The notes under the pieces were generated by a model that saw only the letters and a list, made by a program, of their open reading frames with translations, searched no databases and had not been told where the DNA came from. From positions 1 through 64,000 of the forward strand of contig JALDZS010000017.1 of NCBI GenBank assembly GCA_022813965.1: a stretch of 64,000 bases of DNA, written 5' to 3'. The position numbers were made by a program, and so were the translations under genes. This stretch comes from Toensbergia leucococca (taxonomy: Eukaryota). This document shows, one piece after another, positions 52,231 to 64,000 of this stretch (position 1 is its first letter; each line of letters begins with the position of its first letter).

Positions 52231-52887
52231 GCTGTCCGCTGTAGAAGAGCAAGGCTGGGACGCCTTGCTTCTATATTAAATGACCATTGACAACAGATCA
52301 ATCTTCATATTGTGCATGCTTAGTTCATTCATCTACAACTAGCTCACGAAGTGCGTGGTCACATTACTGGTCCGCACTTGATTTCAGGGTTAGGGCTTTA
52401 GATTAGGGTTTACGATTCTTTGTTTTTGAGGCTTTGTCTCCCGTTCATCAACCCTATTCAGATCTGATGATTTTGAATATTGAAGCACCCGGTAATAAAA
52501 AAGTCCATCTAACCCAGTCATGTACAAGATACAGACATATAATGAAAAAAAGAAAAGGGAATCTGTGGGACGAAAAATGGTTGAAACAAAACCTCAAAGC
52601 TTCACGAAACAACTCAATATAGGATTCATGAAAAATAAAAACAAAAACAGCACACTAGAAAATCTCAGCCCCATAGCAAAAAACGCAGTCCTTTAATCCC
52701 ACCGTACAAGATTCACAACAAACACCCAAACGCAAGACCATCCTAGCAAAACAATCCCCTAAACCGAAAGAATTCCCCACCTCTCCCAGCCCGGCCGCAA
52801 AAAAAATAAACCCCCCGCACAGCCATTCCCATCCCTCTCAAATCAAAGCTCTCAACCTCGCCCTCCCCAAACTCCACCCCAAACACA

Positions 52888-53367
52888 CTAATCCACCCAC
52901 CCCTCCCCCTCCTCATCCCATCCCAAACCCTCCTTAATCCCCAACCCCGCCAAAAACTCCCCCATCCCCCCCTCTCCCTCTCCGCACCTCTCTCTCCCAA
53001 CCGCCCACGCCCCCTCCGCCGCCGCCCTGCTCACGCCCCTCCACTTCAGCACCAAGCCCTCGAGCTCCGTCTCCCTCGCCCCAGTCTCGATTGCCAAAGC
53101 CTGGGTGTGCGTGTCTAGGGAGGCGCGGAGGGCGGCGAGGGTGTTGAGGAGGGCGGTGTGGCGTTTTTGGAGAGAGATGAGATTGGTGGGGGTGGGGGTT
53201 GTTGGTGTGGTGGACGAGGTTGGGTGGGCTGGCTGTGGAGTGGCGGCTGTGGGGCGTGGGGTTTTGAAGGGTGATTTGAATGGTTTGGAGAGTGTTGCTG
53301 CTGCTGCTGTTTGGGGGTTTAGGCGGCGGCGTTTGAGGGAAGGGGGGGTTTGGGTATTGGTGGACAT
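52888..53367 (-). CDS. Swi5-dependent recombination repair protein Sfr1/Mei5-like (159 aa)
   Basis: KRRRL, TLSKPFKSPFKTP, coiled coil, LEGLVLKWRGVSRAAAE, and C-terminal MGEFLAGLGIKEGLGWDEEGEGWVD*. Confidence 0.75.
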   Translation of the reverse strand: MSTNTQTPPSLKRRRLNPQTAAAATLSKPFKSPFKTPRPTAATPQPAHPTSSTTPTTPTPTNLISLQKRHTALLNTLAALRASLDTHTQALAIETGARETELEGLVLKWRGVSRAAAEGAWAVGRERCGEGEGGMGEFLAGLGIKEGLGWDEEGEGWVD

Positions 53368-53553
53368 TTTGGGATTTTGGTGTGTTTGGTGATGTGTTGG
53401 TGGGTTGGCTTGGGGGATTTGTGGCAGGATAAGGGTATACGTTTCTGCTCCACACACTTGCATGCAGCAAAGCCAGCGATAAGAACTATGCAGAACACGC
53501 ATGCTCCAACTTTCAACGGATGCTAAGATACACATTTCAACGCCCTAACAACA

Positions 53554-56298
53554 TCAATGCCCAACACCACCGGCAACCCACTGTCCGAAGTTCGGATCTC
53601 CAGCCGGCGGGAAAAATCCCCCATCCACCTGCTGTCCCGGTAAGGGTTGCGCGGGGGGGGCAATTGCACCCACCAGAGCGCCTTGCTGCTGCTGTTCCCT
53701 CACTCTGCGATGGTTCGCCTGTCTCTGTTGACGGTAGTATACAAGAAAAGCCAAAGTGGCTGCTAAACTGACTATTATAAGGCTCTCGACAACGCTCTCG
53801 TCTATATCGTCGTAGTAGCCATCACCACCGGGCATTGGATCACGAAGGGCTGAGTCTGCGAAGTCGTCGTCGTCGGCGGAATGAAAATAGGATTGGTCAT
53901 CCTCGAGAAAATTTGAGATCCATTCGCTGAACGACCAGTCCCTTTTGGGCTCTGCTCGATTATGTCAGTAATGCGCGTTTTGCAGGGGCTTTTCAAACTA
54001 TGCACTCACCTGGTTCCGATCGGATGGAGTTGACCTTTCCATGCGTGATCGTATTCCAGAAACTCCGCATGCGAAGCTTCAGCAAGCTCATCTTGACTGG
54101 CAGGTACGACTCCTGATTTGTCTCCAATGCCTGATCGTAATATCTTTTCGCAAGATGAAAATCCTGCTCAACACCAATGCCGTTCTCATGCATCCAGCCA
54201 AGATTCCAGAGAGCTTGAGCGCTTTGCTGAAATTCGGCCGCTGTTTGATAGCAGGTCGCTGCTCTCTCCATATCTGCTTCGACACCATATCCGCCAAGAT
54301 AGTAATCTCCCATCTTAACCATTGAATCGATGTTTGATTGCTTTGCTGATCGAGTCCAGTATACTAAAGCGAGGACTGCGTTACGAAGTAAAGATGATAC
54401 TTGCCTCTTCCATGGTATGAGGGAGTCCAAGGGAAGTATGGACTTGTACTCATCCAGCATATATGCTACGTTTGCTTGGCCAAATTCGTAGCCCTGCTCA
54501 GCAGCCATCATGTACTCAATCAAAGCCGTCTCCTCATTACCGTCTTCGTAGGCTCTATTGGCATCTTCGAAAGAGGAGTGGATTATCTCAACCTTTTCTG
54601 CCACATTCTTATAATAGGCAGTTGCCATTCCACATGATCTTTCACGTCCTATGCCGTGGTAGTTGATTTCGGCAAGATGATAAAAGGCCTCGATATGGCC
54701 ATGTCGAGCCGCCAGGTCGAAGTAATGCATTGCTGTGTGGATATCTCCCTGATCGAGAAACAATTGGCCGAGATTCACCTGGGCAGTTGCAAAGTCTTGA
54801 TGTGCAGACGCCTTAAAGTAATCTCCAGCGGTCACCGCATCCTTGCGAACACCTAGTCCATGAAGATACATCAATCCTAACTCATACTGACACAGCCAAT
54901 CGCCATTAGCGATCCCACGCCTGAACCAGGTCAGCGCTTTGTCGAAGTTTTGCTCCATACCCTCTCCTCGAAGGAACATTCGTCCAAGGTATCCTGCGGC
55001 CTTCGAAGCAATTTTCCCAACCCCCTCCACGTCTTCTGACGAAATCGAGCCATCCTTTGCCCAATAAGTTCGAGCGACTTTCAGGAAATATTTTCGGGCA
55101 GTTGTGAGATTCCGCTTCATTGTTCGAGAGCCCTCATAATGCAGTTTGCCCAGACTGAATGAAGCTTTGAGATCCCCTTTTCTTGACATTAAATCCAAAT
55201 ACTCCAGGACATCGTCGAATGCTGCATGTAAGTCTGATCCTGGTCCGGCTTTATTTGCGTTTGCGCCAGAGCTGACAAAACTAGCACCCTCTCCGTACAC
55301 CCCGCCGTTATCATCTGCAAGCCTATATGATTCTCTTTGTAAAGCCATACCACCGGGTGGGCCTGACCTTGACCACGCGATAGCTTTATCGGCAACTTTT
55401 TTGTAGTAAAAAGCAGCTTCATTGCAATGCCTTGGTGTACCAATGCCGCTGTGGTGACGAAAAGCCAGAGTCATCTCTGACCTCGTATTCCCGCCCAATG
55501 CCGAAAAGGTATGGTACATCAATGCCTTTGCCTGGTCTCTTTCCACGGCTCCTCCTATACCCGTGGCATACATGAACCCAACCATATTTTGTGCCGAGCT
55601 GTTCCCGGTTATGGACGAGAGTTCCAGATATCTTCGAAAGGCCTCTTTGTAATTTCGAGGATGAGTATGATTACCCCAAAAGTTCATTTCCGCCAGTAAG
55701 AAAATCGCGTCTGAATCATTGTCTCTTGCTGCACCTTCTAGTAGTCTGACGGCCTTTGCCAACGGTTTGCTGAGCTGGCGTTCACCAAGTAGCGGATCTA
55801 GATAATCGTTCTGGAAGGGCCCGTTCATGAACAGAAGGGAAAATGCCTCTTTAGCATAGTAGAATGCTGTGCCCACAATCCCCGAAGACTTGTCGAAGCG
55901 TGCAAGGCGGTTGCGCGGTGGCTTTATATCTCGGAGTATTGAGAGCGCTCCATGAACTGCAAATGCTCCTGCGTATTCATTAGTGTCATCCCGAGACTTT
56001 TGTGGCCAGAAGAAGCACCTCTACTTCCGTTGTCATTTTCGTTTCGCTGCCAGGCTGTCAAGGCTTCGGGATTGTTTTGCTCCTCCAGGGGCTTTTGGCC
56101 TTTCGACTGCTCTTGGTGGACCCGAACAGCATCGCCACTATCAAATGCTTTCTGTTGCTCGGCATGAACCAGAAAAACGTAAAGGCAGACACTCACTGGA
56201 AAGCGTCACGGCTGTCAGTGCGTGAAATACACCTGTGTCCTGGAAAGGAAAGACGTACCGCAAAGCAGTTGCAGTAAGCGCCGCAATCGATCTCTCAT
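53554..56298 (-). CDS. HRD3: ERAD component Hrd3/SEL1L (SEL1-repeat protein)
   Basis: Many SEL1 repeats (AQNMVGFMYATGIGG, SMVKMGDYYLGGYG, ALWNLGWMHENGIGVEQDFHLAKRYYDQA), a C-terminal TM and a WVAGGVGH* end. 5' small exons are uncertain. Confidence 0.93.
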
Positions 56299-57199
56299 GG
56301 CTAGGTAGAGGCTGAACAGTCGCCGATTGAGACAACGGCGGGGAGGGAGAGTTGCATCAGGTTTCACAGAAACAAGATCTGTATCGTATAATCATGGTAT
56401 GTCACGCTTGCCACTGTCTTTGAAGAGTGAAGAAGGATGATGATGAGGATGATGCCACCTACAACATTCTGGATCCTCGGGAATTGTTCGCTAAAGGACA
56501 AAGGCTTCGGAGCCCAGAGTACTAGAAAGGTATTCTAGTACGGAGTAGTTCTAGTACTAATTATACGATATGACGGAAGACTAAATCTACATTACTTTAC
56601 TCCGTACTGAGGATGCGATTTCTGAAAAGCAAAAGTTGATTTTGCAGCTCACTGTCAGTGGCCACAGGCTTAGCGTCTTTGGGGCTTGAATCATCAGTGA
56701 CATTTAATCAATCTGTTACTATGTCTTGTCAACTTAGACCTATCAGCTTAGTCAATTGCTCCCGCTGCGTTCTATGAGCATTCTTGCCTTCACCACTCAC
56801 CTCATGACAGTGAAGTCTGGCATTGATGGCAATTGACAGATGTCTCAATTTTTACTGACCACGCTTGATACAAAATGATATTGTACGTATAGTACATTCG
56901 TGGGGAAAGCTCAGAACGATGAGCGCTGCGATTTCTCAGTGAATCGATCGATATCGTCAATAATACTCTCGATACTCTACCCACGAGCTCCTAGCTCCCT
57001 CTCATATTGATCGGGCTATTGCTTCCCCTGTGATATGTGAGGGCGGACATCGAAATGACGGCTCCCGCTCTCTAGCTGAAACATACCTCGACTGATTACG
57101 TCTTTGTGAAATCCAAAATAACAAACTCCGACATCAATGTAAACCTATATATGGAAACTCGACAGTCGCTTTTGGTATTTTTCACGCCGGAGAGAACTT

Positions 57200-59285
57200 T
57201 CACGCCGGATAGAACTCATCTTTTCGGATACTATCGATGTCGCTCTGTACGTTTTCATCGACTGCAGGTCCTTCGAATCGCTCGCCGATCTGGTACCAAG
57301 CTATGAGGATGACAAAGAAAAGGAGAAATAGAACAATAGGGGTATAATTCATGTTCTGCGCTGTCACAGGCAGCTGAGGCGGTAAGCAGATAAATACGCC
57401 CATGACAGTGACTAAGAGTGGAGAGAGCAGATTACAAACATAACCAAGACGTCCCAAATCGAATGGATGTGGGGGCAAGACGTGGGTGCTGGTACGACTG
57501 ACGCGGAGGCCTTGGGGGACCGCATAAGTGATGTTCTAAGCCAGAATCAGGGGTAAATTCCTTTTCATTCAAGGTGCAGCGATCATGATACCAAGTAGAG
57601 TACGGCTGATGTTATGATAGAGTTAAAAGCAGTGGTGTTGAAAAAATATAGGAGACCGTAAACGACACAAAAAAACAGTGCCATTAGAGTCGTCCGAACA
57701 GGGAATTCAAATTGCTTGCTAATTTTCCCAAAACAATCTGATTGAGGTAACCCGCGCTTGTGTCGCGCGTTAGTAGGGCATCTTCAAATATGTAGAAGGC
57801 TTACATCTCGGGCAACGGCCAATGCTAAACGTCCACAGGTCACCCACTGGCCTATAAGCGCAGCTATGAAGGAGTCAACCAGCGCCCTAGCCCCTGCATT
57901 CCAGCACTCACTGAATAAGACGACTGTCACCCACACCATCACAGAAGTGGTTATAGCTTTGCTATCCGTGATTTGATAGAACATTTCAGCATACGGCAAC
58001 TGAGCATTCGCTATTGCATCAATGTCTTTCACAGAAAGCATCATGACCATGAACAACGGAAATGTTGTGGAAAAGCCAATTGCAAGGGTTAGATTCCTTG
58101 AGACCATGTTCAGTAATTGGCCGGACAATAGGCGAAAGGTGTGAATCCATACATAGTCCTTGGAATATCACTTTCCGGGTGCTTCATCTCTTCAGCGATA
58201 TGAATCACTGCGTCCGTGGAACCGAAAGCGTACCTCGAGCTTTCATCAGCATATGGTGGAATGAACAGCATATGATCCAGCTCTAACATCGAATTCCCCA
58301 CACCCATAATCCAGCTGACACCTGTATTCCAGCCACTGGTTCCAGCATAAGGCGCAGTGATGAAAGTAAATGGCTGATTTTGCTTGCGTAGTGTCAATAT
58401 CAAACAGAACACCAATGCAACGCCCGTCACAGAAAATGCAAGGCTTGCTTTGAGAATCCTAGGTAGCCATTCGCCAGGAAGGAACAGAGGCAATACTGCG
58501 ATATACTTAGCTAGTTGCCCGAGCCGCCGCTCAATACAAACTAACCGCTGAACACCGCCGTGATCACATACAGTAGATAGAGTTGCCATCCAGCAGCGTA
58601 GAAGTCATGGTCCCAGAACGCGATGAGCCCGTTGATTGAAGCCGTGGTAACAGATACTCCAGAACAAAGAGCAACCGACCATCCAAGGAGGTTCATCCAC
58701 CCGATAACGAAAGCTGCAAAGTTTTTATTTTTCTTGGGAGCTAGGATGTGGACAAAGTGATATTGACCCTAGGAGCAGAACTCAGGTCAGACTTCAGGAC
58801 CTCCTAATTGAGGGCTATCGCCTTACACCAGATGACGGAAATGCTGAAGCAATTTCAGACAGGCCGAGCGTGATGATCCATTGAACGAGGATGGCACCAA
58901 AGAGCCCAAAAAGTACGCTCTGGGGCCCTGCGTATGCCAAGTTCTGGCCAAAGCAACTTAGATACCCGACCCATGAATTGGTAATACTATTAGAAAGTTA
59001 TCCAGTTTGACAATCTTCAGGTCAAGGGATCGCATGCCTGAATCCCAGACCAAGAGCAGATAGGGCTGAGAACGTCTTACGCATGGGAGGTTCCTTCAGA
59101 ATCATGTTGTTTGTCAGACTATGCCCAGAAACCTCAGAGACTGATTGCGAATCATCATCTCCAGCGATGGGATGTGAGATTCTTGATCGGATACTGCCGC
59201 TTTTAGCATACTGATATGGCGGCGAGCTTGGAATTGTCGGAGTCAGCAAGGGAACCCTCGACTCTTCATCCTCGGAAGGTGGCAT
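57200..59285 (-). CDS. APC-superfamily amino acid/choline permease (Hnm1/Uga4-like), multi-exon
   Basis: Spliced motifs LGLGFS|ITNSW, GLSEIASAFPSSG|GQYHFV, DAVIHIAEEM, ARD|RGLP, FNSIITSAV, P.LPVTAQNMNY. Confidence 0.9.
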
Positions 59286-60128
59286 GGCGAGTTGCCAGGA
59301 GCACAACGAGCTCGTCGAAATGGAGGCACTGAAGGAGAAAATGATTGGTTAGGAGGAGTTGGAAAAATTAGGAAACTGAGATGTAGACATGACTGGGACG
59401 GATGAGCTTGACTGCACAAGCCCGACAAGTATTATATTCTAGGATATTCGGAATATTTAGCGTATTCATGTACACACATACCGCCCATCATCTCTTCTAC
59501 GTAGAGCAGTGATAAGAGCCCAAATTAATAATCATATTTACACAGCATGTAGTACTTTTGACGTGATTCTGGTGCAGCAAGAATAAGTTGGAGCCCTTCG
59601 TTACGTTAGAATATTGTAGTCATAGTATTTGTAGGGTTGACTAAGTCATAAAGAGGTTTGAACGTCAAACTCCTTATGAATTATCTTCATGCTTATCAAG
59701 GGGATTGACTGATATTTGCAGTGATAGATTTGTATGAAAGAGTACTACCCTTAATTGAGCTCTGATTTTCTCAACGCCACCAACGCCAAGTTTTCCAGCG
59801 TTTTGTGCATTCGTGCGGCACCGCGGTAATATTCTTACCTTAGTCTATGCACAATTTACTCTGTACGGATACTGCTCTTTCGACGCCCAGATTCTTGGAA
59901 GTTTCAGGAATGCATGTCGATCGTACGCTCTCCTCTTAAGCATTGCCTTTTGCAGGTCGATCTCCACTCGTCCGATCTGTTCTCCAATAATGACTCATGA
60001 CAACAGTCAAACCGTCCTGAATTTCTGCTCTTGCAAGCCTTCAACATCTATCATAAAGCACTAACCCCTCCGTCTATTGTCTAGTAAGGCGTTAGAGAGA
60101 AGCGCGCTTCCTGCTCAATACTGCTATC

Positions 60129-61259
60129 ATGTCTCTCCCCAAGATGATTGCGATGAAGTCTGTGCATGGTACCATTGCAGTCCCCTCGGTCGGCTTCGGC
60201 ACTTTCGCCGCAGGCGATACAAGCTGGTGCTATAGTGCCACTCTCACTGCGCTCAAAGCCGGGTATCGACACCTGGACTGTGCTTGGAACTACGGTGTAT
60301 GCCTGTCCTTGCCCTGTAGCCGAGGATCCTCTCCTTTCTGACAAAAGTCTAGGTCGACGAAGCTGTTGGCGCTGCAATCCGCGATTCCCAGATCCCCAGA
60401 AACGAGATCTTCGTCACGTCAAAATTCTGGCCACAATTCGGGGCGCCAGAAAATGTGGAAAAATGCTTGAATCTATGCCTCGCCAATATGGGACTGGACT
60501 ACCTTGATCTTTTCCTAACCCACTGGCCCGTCACTTTTCGAGCGGGAGACAATATCACGGTAGCAAGAACTTTTGAACATGCAACCGCCGTGGAGCGAGG
60601 TGAAGCTGTTGACGCCAATGGGAGAGTGATTATAGATTGGGTCCATTGTTGTGAGTCAATTTCTGCAGCACAGGGGAAAACAGGCAGCTATAAAGCTACA
60701 TGGCGCGAGCTGCAGAGACTTGTGGGCACAGGGAAAGTACGTGCGGTTGGGGTGTCTAATTTCAACATTGAGCAACTACAGGAGGTTCTTGCCGTTGGAG
60801 GCGATGTCCCAGTGTCCTGCAATCAGATCGAGGCGCATCCGTGGTTTCCGAACACTGAATTAATCACTTTCATGAAAGAGAGAGGTATCCTACCTACTGT
60901 TTACTGTCCATTTGCCAGGCCGATGACTTCGACAGCGACCGGAACCCCTCCGGTTTTACTCAATGACCCTGACGTGAAGCGTCTGGCTGAGAAAAATACG
61001 ATGGGGGTTGGACAGCTATTGCAAAGCTGGGCTGTGCAAAGGGAAACAGTGCCATTAGGCAAGAGTCAAACTCCTGGTAGTTGTCATGGATTGCTCTGTA
61101 GGAGTCTATACTGACGTGATGACTACAGCGCGTATACAGGCAAATTTAGATGTGAGAAAGCTGCCTAATAGTGACTTCGAAGCCTTAAATAGGATGGACA
61201 GGGGGAAACAGGGGCGAGTAGTCGATCTAGGTCCAGAGTGGGGAGTTCGTCTCTATTGA
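60129..61259 (+). CDS. Aldo-keto reductase (NADP-dependent glycerol dehydrogenase-like), 3 exons
   Basis: PSVGFGTF, GYRHLDCAWNY, IFVTSKFW, DLFLTHWP, VRAVGVSNF, NQIEAHP, PLGKS...RIQANL. The D/Y/K/H catalytic tetrad is present. Confidence 0.95.
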
Positions 61260-64000
61260 AACATTGATAGAGGCTTTGGAGCTTTAGACTCCATGAAAAA
61301 AGTTTGGCGGCCATTCTATGAAATGCCTTTCGCGGTACATAACTTCTTTCATCAGTATCTAAGCACCGACGCTCTAGTCGGAATTTTAATATCGCGGAGA
61401 ACATTGCAGGATGCCTTCAGCCCTAGGGTGGCGCTTTCGATTCCAATTGGATATCACCAACAGGTTCTTCTTGACCCTCAGGCACGCTTATCTTGGCTCT
61501 TGTGCAGCCATCGCTATCACGCGGCTGGTTTCCACAATCATCAGCTAGAGGCCTGCAAGCTATGAAAACCGCTTAACCTCTATATCACTTGCAGAGAAGG
61601 TTCAATGCTCGATTTTCCTCGTCCTCAACAGGCCGGTAAATCCACCCTCACCATTTTCCATGGTTATTACCGACAGTCTTTTGGAGTTATCCAGATCGAC
61701 GCCACCATCGTCTGGAAGGTGTTTACCACCGCTTCCATGGACATATACAAGCGGTGAAATGACAGTGCCGTACATTGTCTCCGCAAGCTCTAGCAGGACC
61801 ACTGCTCCAGTTACCGTGTCATCGTCTTTGTGATTGGCAGGTTGTAGATCTATGATCGCACCAAGGCTCTCTGCACCGTAGTACCAGCACCACCGTGGGC
61901 TTTGCTCTTGCGTGAATGAGACTATAAGAGTACGGAGGAATGGCGCTATATGAATAGGGAATAGGCTGACAATTTGACAGAGCAATGTCTGTAAGTTCCT
62001 GGATAATGGAATGTTACTTTTCCGTAGTCTTGCAGAAGGGCCCTGGAGACGTGGGACTGGTTGTGGAGTCTAGTCCAGTGAAAGGGAGAAATGCAAGCCG
62101 CATGTGATGCGGTGAAAGGGCGCACGGTAGGGTTTCAACTGTCCATCGGAATGGGTCTCAAGGAGTATGATCCTTACTCTAGATCTTGCTGCGCCTATGA
62201 ACGCTATCGGAGCTTCCAGGGTGGCTTAGTGTATCAATCATGTGTCTTTGAGTGAGGACAGCATCGGCTTTCCTGCAAGAGACAATGACGATCATGACTA
62301 TGGTTGGATATGGTTTTTCATGCCTTTAATTACTGTACACCTTGGTGCTTGGCACCTATTTTATCTACGATATCCCGGACCATGTACTCAATTAATCTTG
62401 GAATGCTTCTGTCTAGATATTATTCGCCTCGAAACACCCGTATCGAGCAAACAGATATTGAACCAGCAGATACCACCAAAGGAGACAAGCCACTCTACAA
62501 GAGGTCAGACCATAGCCACTTCAGCCTCTCTCCGCTCTTCATCATCAACAGTGGCGTAGCTCATGCCCATCAGAATCACGCCGGTCGTGTTCGAAGGTTC
62601 ACACACCGCAGCTCTAGTGTCGATTTGCTCCTTATGTGGAGGCTTTGCATGAGCCTGGGTCAAATCACCGAGCGTAAGCTGGTCACGAGACTATCAAGAA
62701 CTAGATCTAGAGCTGGCCCAATCCTTCATTGTCCGGCACACTGCTTCTTCAAGGATTGATCTGGCCGATCACTGGGTATGTTTATAAGCGACATCATTCG
62801 CCACCGATCAATCCAGGAAACGTCTCCGGTAACGACTGAACAGTTCCGATGGTGAGTTCACCTTCGTAGCCAATTGAACGCAGATACGAAGAACTCAGGG
62901 GCACCTAGATCTGGACGTGGCTTCGGTCTTTCTGAAAGGTCTCTACAGCGTGTGAAACAAGAGAATCCACTAGACAGAGCCTTCCAATTACGTACTACCC
63001 TAAGCTGACAGGACCAACAAGTCATTTAGTAGCTTACAAAGAATGCTCGAGCGTTAGCAAATACGATGGGCCCGCGCAATGCGTCCGAATTATCCCTTCA
63101 AGCAAAGAGCAACGATGTAACCAAATATCCAATAGCGGTACCTCAGTCAGTCAAAGGAGCCGAGTTTATCGTGCAATACCTGTGCTGGCCATGACTCTTC
63201 CGAGCTGGGAATGACGGCATAGATCATGTTTTCACAAAAAGAAGAGTCGCGACGCTTTTCCTGAAACAACCCCCGAGGCTCGTATCTGACCGCTGTTCTT
63301 CAAGATCACCTGGCACAAAAGCCACTCTGTCTGTCCTCATGCTCTTCCGAGGAAAGTCATGGAGTGATTCTTCTTGCGAGCCAAAGCCTCCCAGATGGTT
63401 GAAGGAAAGATCCTCCAAAGCATTGATAGGCGCTACAGCGTTTGTTGCTGCATTCACGGTCCGTCAAATTTGTCTTCCTGCCTTCTTGAAACGACTTGTT
63501 GGTCTTCATTATTTACTAGGAGGGTTTCATATACTCAACTGTAGGCAGCATGTGTTGTCGACCTCTTCCCTGTAGCTTATCACCCGTACAGGTCGTGCCC
63601 GTCCTTCCATTCTCGTTAGTGGAGAGGCTCGGAGTCCCGGAAGAAAATGGTGATTGTTCGTAACAGGACTAGGATTTTAGAGACTCACGTTTGGTAGTAC
63701 AGTATTGGTTGTCGATTCTTTTGATGGTGTTCGGCATCACCATGAGTCTCGGTGCTCGTAAGTGGAAAAGTCTCTCAAAGACGTCTCCAACTTACACCGA
63801 AAGCTATCGCTGGGTGGGTAGCTGACGATACCTCCTCCCGACAAACGCCGCTCCTTTTCGGCCTCGGATTAGCTTATGGAGCCACCTTGCTATTCTGCTT
63901 TGCAACAAGTCCATTCATGTTGGTACTTGCCCGGTGCTTCCAAGGATTCGCTTCGAGTATCCTTTTTACAGCAGGATTGGCACTCATAGCAGATAGTGTG

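Noticed and set aside
52386..52395. CCCUAACCCU as a telomerase RNA template
   Set aside because: I could not find a U-rich/A-rich pseudoknot or CR4/5-like element, and the downstream sequence looks like a TATA plus ORF. A covariance-model search would be needed.
57200..64000. Permease, aldo-keto reductase and a possible TF relic (61602-61985) as a metabolic gene cluster
   Set aside because: No backbone enzyme, the TF similarity is too weak, and 61.3-64 kb has no intact gene I can support.

Overview
Fungal (Pezizomycotina-type ascomycete) euchromatic window with intron-containing genes. Conserved genes, in order: a gene 3' end, an MscS-like mechanosensitive channel, a YggS/PROSC PLP-binding protein, AP-2 alpha adaptin, a 3-exon Cys-rich copper metallothionein (Crd2-like; absent from the ORF track), a homeodomain TF, a Clr2-family silencing factor, a DUF3112-like membrane protein, a large S/P-rich protein, a GFA/Mss4-like zinc protein, GWT1, an Sfr1/Mei5-like protein, HRD3/SEL1, an amino-acid/choline permease and an aldo-keto reductase. 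Accessory content: (i) a ~14 kb block (about 6.9-21.3 kb) of decayed, stop-interrupted coding-like sequence with internal repeats; (ii) a CpG-stripped AT-rich repeat relic (25.0-26.2 kb); (iii) a full-length, intron-bearing DD34E Tc1-like transposon with perfect 39-bp TIRs and TA target duplication, sitting head-to-head 190 bp upstream of the clr2 start codon. No tRNA, rRNA, CRISPR array or biosynthetic cluster was seen. Family calls come from motif recognition by eye, not database searches; I cannot claim a verified new system, and the TE-at-clr2 arrangement is the best lead.
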